Shown here: positions 14,201 through 26,800 of the stretch, piece after piece
Layout: every line of letters begins with the position of its first letter
Position numbering within the stretch: position 1 is the stretch's first letter
Origin: Dendrobates tinctorius
Lineage: Eukaryota
NCBI RefSeq assembly: GCF_039654945.1
Contig: NW_027361803.1
Coordinates: 12,090,001 to 12,154,000 of the forward strand
Length of the DNA stretch: 64,000 nucleotides
Direction of reading: 5' to 3'
Position numbers and translations under genes: made by a program
Notes under the pieces: model-generated
What the model saw: the letters and a program-made list of their open reading frames with translations, nothing else
Told to the model about the DNA's origin: nothing
Databases searched by the model: none

Positions 14201-14600
14201 AGGATAGTGGCGTTGCAACCAGGGCATTCCCAATACCAGTCCTGCAGGCAGATTATTCATAATGAAACAACTTAAATTTTCCACATGAGTGGAACCCACT
14301 TTCATAGAAAAAAGTTCAGACATAAAACAAATTCCATCCCGGGTAAGAGGGGATGAATCCACAGCCACAATTTTAACAGGGTCTTTTAACCTGACTGTCC
14401 CTATCTTATTAAGAGTCACAACTTGGGCATCAATCAGATTAATGGAGGAACCACAGTCAACAAAGGCGGTGGTCATAACAGGACTGCCAGCAATTTCCAA
14501 TTCAACCTGGAGGACCATTTTTATACGTGAGAAAAAAAATGTACCTGGGAGTCTGGACAACCTCCTCGATTGTTGCCCAGACTCAGTCGTTTCTCTGAAG
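11236..14600 (-). pseudogene. Pol of element B (protease, RT, RNase H, integrase, chromodomain) with one premature stop and one frameshift
   Basis: Protease FVDCGS; [28 protein letters not shown]; RNase H VDAS, ELLAV, TDHKNL; integrase [18 protein letters not shown]; chromodomain YEVGRIIDSR...YLIHWKGY. In-frame TGA at 13685-13687 and a frameshift in the C-run near 12475. Confidence 0.92.
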
Positions 14601-15477
14601 GTTTCTCTGAAGAAGGGCAGGAGGGACAATTCCTTTTCCAATGTCCAGAGGCTCCACAGTAAAAACATAGTAGGTTGTCTCTGCGGTGCCTTCTCTCTTT
14701 CTCCTTAACCGAGACTGACCCAACGTTCATGGGCTCAGATACGGGTGAAGTGTCACACAATTTGGGGTACAAGGGAGACTCTTGTTGCATCATTCCTCTA
14801 GCACGGAGTCTCCGGTCCATACGGACCGCCTGCATCATGGCGTCCTCCAGGGTATCAGGAGGCGGATGTAATGCCAGAGCGTCCTGCAGACGGTCAGAAA
14901 GGCCCCTGCGAAACAACCCCCTCAGGGCGGCGTCATTCCAGGATACTTCGGCGATCCAACGTCTAAACTCTGAGCAGAACCATTCAGCAGAGTGCTTTCC
15001 CTGTGTCACACTCATCACCATATCCTCTGCCAGACGCACTCTATCAGGCTCATCATAAATGTGCCCCAGAGCCTCAAAGAACAAGTTCACTGACATACGT
15101 TCAGGAGCAGAGGAAGACAGAGAGAAAGCCCATGCTTGCGGAGCCCCCCGAAGTAGGGAAATAATGACCCCCACCCTCTGAAACTCATCCCCGGAGGAGC
15201 AGGGCCTTAGAGAAAAAAAAAGCTTGCATCCTTCTCTGAAAGACCTGAACTCCTTTTTATCCCCTGAGAAGGGATCGGGCAATTTGACTGGAGATTCGGG
15301 GGACGCTAATGACACATCCCTAACCCCAGAACTAGAAGCCCCTGCATCGACAGCCCCCTGCACAGTAACCACCAACTGTTGCTGGGTATGGGCCATCGTG
15401 CGCTGTTCCACATTGAGTTTATGGAACATTTGGGTCAGGTGCTTGACCTGATCAGCCAAGGCTTGTATGGGATCCAT
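14521..15477 (-). CDS. Gag of element B
   Basis: Starts [10 protein letters not shown]; capsid-like LPDPFSGD; zinc knuckle [14 protein letters not shown]. Confidence 0.85.
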   Translation of the reverse strand: MDPIQALADQVKHLTQMFHKLNVEQRTMAHTQQQLVVTVQGAVDAGASSSGVRDVSLASPESPVKLPDPFSGDKKEFRSFREGCKLFFSLRPCSSGDEFQRVGVIISLLRGAPQAWAFSLSSSAPERMSVNLFFEALGHIYDEPDRVRLAEDMVMSVTQGKHSAEWFCSEFRRWIAEVSWNDAALRGLFRRGLSDRLQDALALHPPPDTLEDAMMQAVRMDRRLRARGMMQQESPLYPKLCDTSPVSEPMNVGSVSVKEKERRHRRDNLLCFYCGASGHWKRNCPSCPSSEKPSEKRLSLGNNRGGCPDSQVHFFSHV

Positions 15478-17323
15478 GAGGATAACACACACTTTTTTTT
15501 TTTTTTTTCCTTCAGAGGAAAAAAAACTGAAACGGTCAGTTATAATGTCAGGAACACCGCACTGCACTTGCTCACTGAGCCAGGGCGTGTGTCCTGAGTA
15601 CAACGACTGTGCACAAAGATACCTGCGGAGCGAGCAGCAGTGGTGACAATGCATGCTCCAGGACCTGAATCACGTGACTGCTGGGGGCGTGGCCTAAGCT
15701 CCACAGAGCTAGGAGCTGCAGGGAAACTCCTAGAAGGGTAACTACAGGACAATGTTACCAAGGAGCATAGACAGAGACAGACACCAGATCAAGCCGGGTC
15801 AAAGCACGAGATAGCAGGACAGTACCAAAGGGATTAGACAGAAAGAATAGTCAGGACGTAGCAATAGATCAGAAAACCAGAACAGGTATTAGACGGTACA
15901 ATAGGGGTAAACTGTAACGGAGTAACGATAGCCAAGCCAGGAGCTCAGAACCAGAAAAGACAATGGTACCAAAAACGAGAGACGGAGTACAGAGTGAAGG
16001 AACAAGCCGGGTCATACACGGGAAGCAAACAAACAATGCAGAGTACACACACACCAGGGGTCAGACACACCAGAACAACAGTATAACTGACAGAGAATGC
16101 CAGTATGGAGTGAGCATAAATACCCCTCCCAGATCCAAAGAGAGGCCGGCAATGTTAACCCTGTCAGAACAGGACATTAACCATGTCCTAACCATGACAC
16201 ATTTGATGAGGGATCCTCTCTCACCGTCCCCACAGGCTTTAACAGGGACCTGTGGAAGACATTAGAAATTTTAAAGGAGGTGGGCACCTGCAGTCGGTAG
16301 GCTACTGGGTTAACAACCTCCACAACTTTGTATGGGCCAATAAACTTGGGGCCCAGCTTTACAGAAGGTATCTTAAGCTTGATATTGCGGGTGGATAGCC
16401 ACACCTTCTCCCCTACTGCAAATGCTGGACCTGGCCCCCTCCTCCTGTCAGCAAACTGCTTATAGTTTTCCTGGGCCTTGGAAATATTCCTCTGAACCTC
16501 CCTCCAAAGAATTCTAAGACGTAGTGTCACATCCTCAGCACCAGGACAACCTGAATCCATACTGGAAAACTCTCCAAAATGTGGGTTAAAGCCATAGTTG
16601 ACCTGAAAAGGAGACTTCCCAGTAGACTGACTCACACGACCGTTGAATGCAAACTCTGCCATGGGCAATACCTCACACCAGTCCTCCTGCCTGGAAGAGG
16701 CCAAGCATCTCAGAATCTGCTCCAACGACTGGTTTGTGCGCTCCGTCTGTCCATTAGACTCTGGGAGGGGTATTTATACTCACTCTTTACCATATCCTCT
16801 GCCAGACGCACTCTATCAGGCTCATCATAAATGTGCCCCAGAGCCTCAAAGAACAAATTCACAGACATGCGTTCAGGAGCAGAGGAAGAGAGAGAGAAAA
16901 CCCATGCCTGTGGAGCCCCCCCGAAGTAGGGAAATGACGACCCCCACCCTCTGGAACTCATCCCCGGAAGAGCGGGGCCTCAGAGAAAAAAACAGCTTGC
17001 ATCCTTCTCTGTAAGACCTGAACTCCTTTTTATCCCCTGAGAAAAGGTCTGGCAATTTGACCGGAGATTCTGGGAATGCCAATGACACATCTCTATCCCC
17101 AGCACAAGAATCCCCTGTAGCTGCAGCCCCCTGTACCGTATCCACCAACTGTTGCTGGGTCTGGGCCATCGTGCGCTGTTCCATATTAACTTTGTGGAAC
17201 ATTTGGGTCAGGTGCTTGACCTGACCAGCCAAAGCTTGTATGGGATCCATGAGGATAACACACTTTTTTTTTTTTTTTTCCCTCAGAGGGGGAAAAAAAA
17301 AAAACTGAAATGGTCAGCTATAA

Positions 17324-17985
17324 TGTCAGGAACACCGCACTGCACTTGCTCACTGAGCCAGTGCGGGTGTCCTGAGTACAAAGACAGTACTCAAAGATAC
17401 CTGTGGAGCAGGGCAGCAGAAGTGACGATGCGTGCTTCAGAGTATCAGGACCTGAAGCACATGACTGCTGGGGGCGTGGCCTAAGCTCCACAGATCTAGG
17501 AGCTGCAGGGAAACTCCTAGAAAGGTAACTACGGGACAATGTTACCAAGGGGCATAGACAGAGACAGAAACCAGACGAAGCCAGGGTCAAAGCACCAGAT
17601 AGCAATACAGTACCATGGGGTTAAGACAGAAAGGATAGTCAGGACGTAGCAATAGGTCAGAAAACCAGAACGGGCAATAGACGGTACAATAGGGACAAAC
17701 TAACGGAGTAACGATAGCCAAGCCAGGAGGTCAGAACTGGAGAAGACAGTAGTACCAAAGCGAGAGACGGAGTACAGAGTGAGGGAACAGGCCGGGTCAT
17801 ACACGGGAAGCAAACAAGCAACGCAGAATACACGCACACCAGGGGTCAGACACACCAGAACAACAGTATAGCTGACAGAGAACCCTTGTAAAGAGTGAGT
17901 ATAAATACCCCTCCCACATCCAGAAAGAGGTCACGAACACTTAACCCTGTGAGTGCAGGGCAAGAACCCTGTTCAAACCATGACA
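17324..17985 (-). repeat. 5' LTR of element A
   Basis: Direct repeat of 9693-10356. TATA-like TATTTATA on the minus strand at 17900-17907. Confidence 0.93.
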
Positions 17986-19137
17986 GTTTCTATGTGTAAA
18001 GGCCTAATTTATAGAGTAACCTGGAGATTAGATTTCTACATCAGCCTCTCATGTTAATTTTCTAATTCTTGGTTTGTGACTGTGACTGTTTTGAACAGCT
18101 GTCATGTACCCGCAATAAGCGCAGGTAGAATCGCGATCCACCTGCGCCTATTAACCCGTTAAACGCCACTGTCAAACGCTGACAGCAGCATTTAACCGGT
18201 GCTTCCGGCTGCCGGGACGGAAATGAGCGCATCGCCGACGCCGTCACGTGATCGGGGGGTCAGCGATGCGTTGGCATAACAACCAGAGGTCTCCTAGACC
18301 AAAGATGTACGGGAGCCAGAACTAGTGCCACAGCAGAACTAGGGCGTCTGCTCCGATGGCGGATGGATCGCGCGATCGGGCAATGAACCGAGGAACCTTG
18401 TCGTTTAGTCTTGAGGCCATGAGATCCACATCCGGAGTCCCCCAACAATGGCAAATCTGCTGAAAGACTTCGGGTGAAGAGACCACTCTCCTGAGGCAAG
18501 GCCCTGGCGACTGAGAAAATCTGCCGCCCAGGTCTCTACGCCCGGGATGTGGATCGCTGAGATGGGCGAATGGCTGGTCTCGGCCCAATGGAGGATGTGA
18601 CTCACTTCATGCATGGCCATCCTGCTCCGAGTACCCCACTGACGGTTGATATGCGCCACAGCCGTGGCATTGTCGGATTGGATCCTGATGGGGTGACCTG
18701 CGAGGAGATGGTGGAAATTCAGTAGGGCTAATCTGATCGCTCGTATCTCCAAGATGTTGATGGGGAGACGTGATTTCCGAGTTGACCAACGACCCTGTGC
18801 TGTGTGGTGATGAAAAACCGCACCCCATCCCAGAAGACTTGCGTCGGTGGTCACCACTGACCATCGTACTGGGAGAAAAGACTTTCCTTGACTCAGGGAG
18901 GATTTCGGTGTCCACCACTTGAGGGCTTGTCTGACCCGCAGAGACAGAAGGAACCAACGGTCCAGGGAGAATGGGTTTTTGTCCCAAGATAACAGCAACG
19001 CATGTTGTAAGGGACGGAGAAGGAACTGTGTGAATGGAACTGCTTCCATTGCTGCTACCATCTTTCCGGGAACTCTCATGCTGAAACGAACGGAGTGAGA
19101 AACCGGTCGCGAAAGAGTCCACGCTGCCTCTTGTAAG

Positions 19138-21280
19138 TGTGGCGCCCCTGAAGCTCAGTCGCCACAGAGGTACTCCACCTTCTCCTAAGGTGTAGTTCCC
19201 CACCAACTACGTAGGTTGGGAACTCCTTTCCACACTCCAACACCTGCACCCCACACACAGGATAGTTTAGCAGGACCAACATTGCGGCTTCATGCTTAGA
19301 GGGTAGCAGAGCACCTTTCGTGGTTCCTGGCTTCGTAACACGAGATGTGCTGGGAGGTGGGTGGAGTTGAGATATATAAAAGGTTGGGAAGGTTTAGAAT
19401 GACAGGTTCAGTCTGGCGGGAGGTCAGGCGAGAGGAGAAAGGACAGTCAGTCAGGAGAGTCTGAGGACGGGTCCGAAAGGGAAAGAGATCCCTAGAAGAG
19501 GGAGAGGAGTGCTGCAGCTGCCTCAGTGACCTGAGCCAGCTGGCACGGGAAAGGAACAGAAGGAGAAAGACGTAGAACTGCAACCTAAACTTCCATAAGA
19601 GAGAGAAGGAACAGCGTGGAACGAAGGAGTAGGAGAACAGAGAGGAGTTGTGGGTTGGAAAAGGAACCCTGCCTATAGGTTCTCATCGCAAGGCCAGGGC
19701 CCGGTCCCCGAGGTTGTATGGACACTTATGGTTCTGCAGCAGACACCGGTGGAGTAGTTGACTGTAAATGCACTACTCCCATCTAAGACTTGGGGCACAA
19801 CAGCAACTGAATAGAGAGCCAGGACTCCAGAGAAGGGAGTCCCCGAGAGAGGCTACAGCTGTCTGCCATACAAGTAGAGTTGTGTTATGATTGAGTCACC
19901 GTAGGAGGCAGACACAAAAATAGAAGCTACGTCCAGAAAACCAGAGAAGTTGGCAACTATCAGATTGCAGACCCCTGAACCTATCAACACAACTAGCAGT
20001 AGCCGTGGGGGGTTCCTACGATGCCCTAGACCCCTCGATCACAGCCGGAGCGCTAAATAGCCTAAAGATAGAAAAGGAAATCTAAACTGCCCCAGAGCAG
20101 ACCCCAAAGTAAAAGGCAGCCCCCAACATATAATGACGGTGAAGCAAGATGAAAAAACACTCACACAGATAGAAAGATAGGCTGAGCAAACGATGGGGCC
20201 CAAGCTAGCTAAACAGAACAGGAAAGGAAGGTTGCTGTCTGCAATCTGCCAAAACCCTATCAAAGACATAAGTCAACAAGCTGATATGAAAAAAACCCTG
20301 AAGCAGCTAGGCATCAAAAACTAAATCAGCACTCAGGTATTTTCAGAAGACAGAGCTAAAGGAATTCAGCACACCCCAGCAGGGAATGGCAGAAATCCAG
20401 AAAAACAAAGCAAAACAAAGTCTAAGCACAAATGCAAAAGGCCGAGCAGAAAACTTAGCTTTAGAGGAGCAGGAATTCAGACTGGTCTCCAAGGATCCCA
20501 CAGAGAAATCACCCGCAGGGCAGAAGGGCGTCGGCAGCCTTATATCCAGTCAGTAACTCCACTCAGCCAGTCATCATCATCAGACTCAGGTGTTTGATAA
20601 TCAGGCTCACTACCTTTCTTTACCAGAAGAGGGAGTTCCTCGGGCCTCAGTAGTGAAGGGGAAAATGAACTCACAACAGAGTTGTTAGAAACATCTGACA
20701 GGAGGAACTTCAGAGTACCACGGTACTGGAGCTCTTCACACTAAAAGGCGCAATAGAGGAGTCGTTCAGGAAAGGTACATGTTGGCGGAGTGTTGGAGAG
20801 GAGAATCCTGACTTGCCCGGGAGGTTGATTGAGTCTCTGCCCCGGAGGACACGGCACGGAGGCAGGCACCAGTGTGTATTACGAACTGTGAGTAAAGCTT
20901 TGGAACTACAAGCCCTGGTGTCTTCCATTCAATTGTGCGCCAACACCTCCAGCATTGCTACATCTTGGTACCAACATTCCTCACACCGCCTGCGCCTATT
21001 CTCATCTATTGCAACTACACTGCCCTGGGGTTACAGCTTCACCTGTGGGGAGCTACACCATCTATGCTGCAACACACCATCAGCCCCAGAGGATCTGCAC
21101 GCAGCGTTGGCTTATCATCTTGCTTGCCAGACACCACAGGTGGCGTCACAAACTATTCCATTCCATTAACTACAAACCACCATTGATTTGGGCGCCCAGG
21201 GCCATATCTCTGCTGCTGTGACACGTTCCCCTGACACCGGCCCGGTACCGAGTACCCCACGGCCCTGGGAGGGCGACCCA
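19138..21280. mobile_element. Solo LTR (about 1.34 kb net) inserted in the DIRS RT/RNase H region
   Basis: Termini TGTGGCGCCC...GGGCGACCCA, 4-bp TSD TAAG at 19134-19137 and 21281-21284. Removing it rejoins the DIRS reading PEKTRAL-QEAAWTL. Confidence 0.8.
19883..20678. mobile_element. Solo LTR (796 bp) nested inside the preceding solo LTR
   Basis: Termini TGTTATGA...TCACAACA; flanking duplication GAGTTG at 19877-19882 and 20679-20684. Confidence 0.75.
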
Positions 21281-23820
21281 TAAGGCTCGGGTCTTTTCTG
21301 GAGGGAGAATGACCAACCTGCGGGAAGTGTCCAAGATCATTCCCAAAAAGGAAATCCGGTGAGCCGGAGTTGGGGAAGACTTTTCGAAGTTTATCTTCCA
21401 ACCCAGGCGGGAAAGTGTATTTACTGTTATATCCACGGATTCCTCGCAGGCTGGAAGGGACGGACCCTTGATGAGCAGGTCGTCCAGATACATCAGTACC
21501 ACCACACCCCGAGCGTGGAGAATGGCCATGACAGCCGCCATGACCTTCGTAAAGACCTTGGGGGCTGTGGCGAGTCCGAAGGGCAAGGCTACGAACTGGA
21601 AGTGTTCCTCGCAAATTGCAAAACACATGAACTGCTGGTGGGACGGGCAGATTGGAATGTGAAGGTAAGCGTCTTTGATGTCGATGGATGCTAGGAACTC
21701 TCCTTTTTCCATGGAAGCGACAACTGATTGGAGTGATTCCATTCAGAATCGCCGTACCTTGACAAGCTGATTTAACAGTTTGAGATCCAGAATAGGTCGC
21801 ATTGTCCCGTCAATTTGACGATCAGAGGGGTTTCTGACTGAAGAGCCCTCTGAAACGGATAAGAGCGTTTTAGAAGCAAGGTGCGATACAGGAGGGTTCA
21901 CCGGAGGGGACTGTAACCAATCCTTCATTAGGTCTGGAGCAAAAGGGTATGTAGCATCAGTATACTTTTGCCCTGTGAACCGCTTATGTGGCTGATCCCT
22001 ATGTTTCTGGACAATTTCCTTAAACTCCGGATGGCTGGTAAATAACCTGCGCACACGTTTGATCCTCTTAAATGAGATAACGTGTTCTGGAGCGGGAATA
22101 TTTTCCTCATCCAACTCCAGAATCCTGTTGACTGATTCTATAAGAGAATCAAGCGGCTCCTGATCAGTTGGGGGATTCTGAGGGGCTGACGTGTCAGATT
22201 CGAATTCAGAGTCGTGCTCGCTGCGAACATTAGGAAAGGGAGAGCGAGAGTCAGAAATCGCCGGTGCTGAAGCGCAAGCGTGACTAGGGGACGCATCATG
22301 GGTCCGCTTTCTAGAGACCTGACCATCCCTTGAACGAGTACGGCCCCTGCTGGTGGATGGTTCCCGGCCGTCGCCAGAGCCCTCCTCGGGAGGTAAAGAC
22401 GTGTTCTGACTTAAAGAGGATTCCCGGAGGGAGTCTATAGCCTTGGTCAGTGACTCCACAGACCGTGACAGGAATGTAGCCCACTCAGGGGGACTAAACG
22501 CAGGGAGCACCGTTGCAGTGGCGGCGGATGGCGATTGAGCGCAGGCCGGGTCACAATCTGTGCATAACGGATTAGTCTGGGCAAGGCAGTCTTGCAAGTG
22601 GTACACACTGTAAAAAACACAGTGTGCTTCTTAGTAGCCCGTTTAGCTTCCTTAGATTGAGACATAGCGCCCTGAATGGGTTAAAGGCAGAGCCGGGGCT
22701 GCAGCTGCAGGGAGTGTGCAGAGAAGGGGTTAAGCTTTGTTCTGAGGGCAGATACAGCTTACCCACGGTCCTGTGCTGTGTCCCCGGGAGGAATAGCGGT
22801 GGCCCTGTAGTGTCACCAGGCATCCGTCGGAGTGTGCACCTGACAGTCGTCCCATAGCAGGCTGAGGTAAAAGACATGGCCCCCGAGACTAGCATTGCGC
22901 CTCTCGTACAGAGCGAGAGGCGCCAAGGACGTGGGCGGCGTCGCTAACGGAGGGGCGGCGCTATGCAAAGTGCGGCCTAGTAGGCCGAAAAAGCCGGGGA
23001 CTAAATTTTTGGCCTACCCACGGTAAGCTCCGGGAGCGGGGGGGGCCGCGACAGGGCGCCGGTGTACCGCTGCTGATACAAAGTCAGCGCTTCTCCCGGG
23101 GACCAGGACCCGACCCCATACCTCCAATCCAATGCTCAGGCAGACCGCGCTGTCCGGGGCCTTTCAGCTGCAGGTCTCTCATTCCTCCTGGGCTGATGTA
23201 GCAGAGCTGGAGGAGTTCTTAAAGGGGTATGCTCAATCGATCCACCCTATGGCAGGGGGATGGAGAGCTATGGGGCTGATTCAGGACATCCGAAAGCGCT
23301 GCTCAAGTCTTCTCCGTGCGCTCGCCCTCGTATCCGTGTGGGGTGCCGGGACCGTAAAGGAACCGTCGCCAGAAGAATCAGCCCCAGTCATCGCAGGAAA
23401 GTGTACGGGGAGGGTTACTCCGCGTGCTTGCCTGTTGTTGGTTTGGGGGAGAGCGGGTCGTAGAAAGGAACCGTCGCCCCTTCACTCCGTTAATTAAAAA
23501 AATTATTAATTTACAGAAAAATCAAAAATGAAATAAAACTGGTGGGGTCTGAAACCAGACCCAAGTGCCTCCTGCAGACACTAAGCAAGAACTGGAGAAA
23601 TCTCAGCCAGCGAGAGTGTGTATACTGCAGGGGAGGAGCTAACTTTTTTCTGTGTTACTTAGTGTCCTCCTAGTGGCCAGCAGCATAACACCCACGGTCC
23701 TGTGTCCCCCAATGAGGCGTAGGAGAAAAAGGATTAACACGATCACTAAACGGCATAGCGAGAAAAAAATTAAAAACACCAGAATTACGTTTTTTTTTGC
23801 TTGTTGCAACATTGCATTAA

Positions 23821-26800
23821 CCCCTTTCTGCCATCTGACGTACTATCCCGTCCATGGGACCCAGGCCCCTATGCCCATGGACAGGATAGTACGTCTAGCG
23901 CGATCAGCTGCACTCACGGGGGGAGCGCCGCTGATCGCGGCCGGGTGTCAGCTCATTATCACAGCTGACACCCGGCACTATGTGTCGGGGCGGTCACGGA
24001 CCGCCCCCGACACGTTAACCCCTGGCACACGGCAATCAAACACGATCGCAGTGTACCGGGGGTTTAGGGAAGCATCGGCAGGGAGACCCCCCGCAGCAGC
24101 GCGATGTGCAGCGCTGCTGCGGGGGCCTCCTTCCCTGCAGGTCCCCGGATCCAATATGGCGGCAGGGACCTTCGGGGGCCTGCAGGGAGGTGGCTTCCTC
24201 ACTGCCCGCAGAGCGCAGGCATGAGGAAGCCTTGTGCAGTGCCTGTGTGAGATCGCTGATCTGACACAGTGATCTGTGATGTGACAGATCAGCGATCTCA
24301 TCCATGACAGTGACGTCCCCCCTGGGACAATGTACTAAAGTTAAAAAGTGTAAAAATATTTTATAAAAAAAAAAACATCACTAAATAAATTTGAAAAAAA
24401 AAAAAAATCCCTAATAAATTCATTTTTTGGAATTAAAAAAACGAACAAAAGTACACATATTTGGTATCGCCGCGTCCGTAACGACCCGCCCTATAAAACT
24501 GTCCCATTAGATAACCCCTTTAGCGAACCCCTTAAAAATTAAAAATAAAAAAACAAAGCAAAAAATAATGCTTTATTATCATACCGCCGAACAAAAAGTG
24601 CAATAACGCGCGATCAAAAAGATGCATATAAATATCCATGGTACCGCTGAAAACGTCATCTTGTCCCGCAAAAAACGAGCCGCCACACAGTGTCATCAGC
24701 GAAAAAATAAAAAAGTTATAGCTCACAGAATAAAGCGATGCAAAAATAATTATTTTTTATATAAAATTGTTTTCATTGCATAAAACCGACCTAAATGAGG
24801 TATCACTGTAACCGTACTGACCCGAAGAATAAAACTGCTTTATCAATTTTACCGCACGCGGAACGGTGTAAACACACCCCCCCAAAAGAAATTCATGAAA
24901 CGCTGTTTTTTGTTCATTCTGCGTTCCAAAAATCGGAATAAAAAGTGATTAAAAAATGTCACGTGCCGAGAATGGTACCAATAAAAATGTCAACTCATCC
25001 CGCAAAGAATAAGACCTCACATGACTCGGTGGGTCAAAATACGGAAAAATTATAGCTCTCAATATGTGGTGATGCAAAAACTATTTTTAGAATAAAAAGC
25101 GTCTTTTAGCGTGCGACAGCCGCCAAACATAAAAACCGCCACAAATAGTAAATCAAACCCCCCGTTATCACCCCCTTAGTTAGGGAAAAATAATAAAATA
25201 AAAAAAATGTATTCATTTCCATTTTCCCATTAGGGCTAGGGTTAGGGCTGAGATTAGGGTTAGGGGTGTGTTGAGGTTAGGGTTGGAGTTATAATTGGGG
25301 GTTTCCACTGTTTGGGCACATCAGGGGCTCTCCAAATGCAACATGGCGTCTGATCTCAATTCCAGCCAATTCTGCAGTGAAAAAGTCAAATGGTGCTCCT
25401 TCCCTTCCAAGCTCTGCCATGTGCCCAAACAGTGTTTTACCCCCACATATAGGGTATCAGCATACTCAGGACAAATTGGACAACAACTTTTGGGGTCCAA
25501 TTTCTCCTGGTACCTTTGGGAAAATAAAAAAATTGGGGACTAAAAGATCACATTTGTGGAAAAAATATGATTTTATTTTCATGCCCGGGCGTTATAAACT
25601 TCTGTGAAGCCCTTGGGGGTTCAAAATGCTCACCACACATCTATATAAGTTCCTTGGGGGGTCTAGTTTCCAGAATGGTGTCATATGTGGGGGGTTTCCA
25701 CTCTTTTGGTACATCAGGGGCTTTCCAAACGCGGCATGGCGTCCAATCCCAATTCCAGGCAAAAAAAGTCAAATGGCGCTGCTTCCCTTCCGAGCTCTGC
25801 CATGCGCCCAAATAGTGGTTTACCCCCACATATGGGGTATCAGCGTACTCATGACAAATTGCACAATAAGTTTTAGGGTCCTTTTACCCTTGAAAAAATA
25901 AAAATTGAGGGTGAAAAGATCATTTTTTTGGAAAAAATATGAAAGTTTAATTGTACGACTGTACGTTATAAACTTCTGTGAAGCCCTTGTGGGTTCAAAT
26001 TTCTCACCACATATCTAGATAAGTTCTTTGGGGGGTCTAGTTTCCAAAATGGGGTCACTTGTAGGGGGTTTCCACTGTTTAGGTACATCAGGGGCTCTCC
26101 AAACGCGACATGGCGTCCGATCTGAATTCCAGCCAATTTTGTATTGAAAAAGTCAAATGGCGCTCCTTCCCTACTGAGGTCTGCCATGCGCCGAAACAGT
26201 GTTCCCCCCACATATCAGGTATCAGCGTACTCAGGACAAATTGCACAATAACTTTTGCAGTCCAATTTCCCCTGTTACCCTTGGTAAAATAAAAAAATTG
26301 GACTGAAAATTGGATCTGAAGTATTTTTTTTGTGAAAAAAAAGTTAAATGTTCATTTTTTTTTAAACATTCAAAAAAATCCTGTGAAGCATCTGAAGGGT
26401 TAATAAACTTCTTGAATGTGGTTTTGAGCACCTTGAGGGGTGCAGTTTTTAGAATGGTGTCACTTTTGGGTATTTTCTATCATATAGACCCCTCAAAGTG
26501 ACTTCAAATGTGATGTGGTCGTCAAAATAAAATGGTGTTGTAAAAATGAGAAATCGCTGGTCAACTTTTAACCCGTATAACTTCCTAACAAAAAAAAAAA
26601 TTTTGGTTCCCAAATTGTGCTGATGTAAAGTAAACATGTAGGAAATGTTACTCATTAAGTTTTTTGTGTGCTGTATCTCTGTGATTTAAGGGCATAAAAA
26701 TTCAAAGTTGGAAAATTGCGAAATTTTCAAAATTTTCGCTACATTTGTTTTTTTCCACAAATAAACGTAAGTTATTTGAATGAAATTTTACCACTAACAT

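Larger units (their letters stand above)
10594..16199 (-). mobile_element. Inner full-length Gypsy/chromovirus LTR retrotransposon B (Tf1/sushi-like)
   Basis: 654-bp LTRs at 10594-11247 and 15546-16199 (about 4 differences by eye), 5-bp TSD CATTT at 10589-10593 and 16200-16204, PPT after 11247, and gag-PR-RT-RH-IN-chromodomain order. Confidence 0.96.
9693..17985 (-). mobile_element. Outer Gypsy/chromovirus LTR retrotransposon A, non-autonomous (about 2.7 kb of its own sequence, PR/RT/RH deleted)
   Basis: LTRs at 9693-10356 and 17324-17985 (TG...CA), 5-bp TSD GTTTC at 9688-9692 and 17986-17990, PPT next to 10357. Retains the 5' part of gag (about 16793-17250), the integrase C-terminus (about 16205-16760) and the chromodomain (about 10368-10590). 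Confidence 0.93.
18320..23729 (-). mobile_element. DIRS (tyrosine recombinase) retrotransposon 1: internally deleted, 3'-truncated, interrupted by nested solo LTRs
   Basis: Putative 5' terminus TTTCTCCTACGCCTCATTGGGGGACACAGG near 23727. Gag from 22665 with CxxC..CxxC; RT SIDIKDAYLHIP...YLDD at 21281-21810; RNase H TTDASLLGWGA, INILE, SDNATAV at 18405-19130; MT-like DLMAS near 18420. Gag is joined directly to RT near 21812. No YR found. Confidence 0.85.

Noticed and set aside
9200-18045. Possible older LTR hosting Gypsy A (TGTAAC at 9200, continuing after 17990)
   Set aside because: I could not identify a matching right terminus or TSD.
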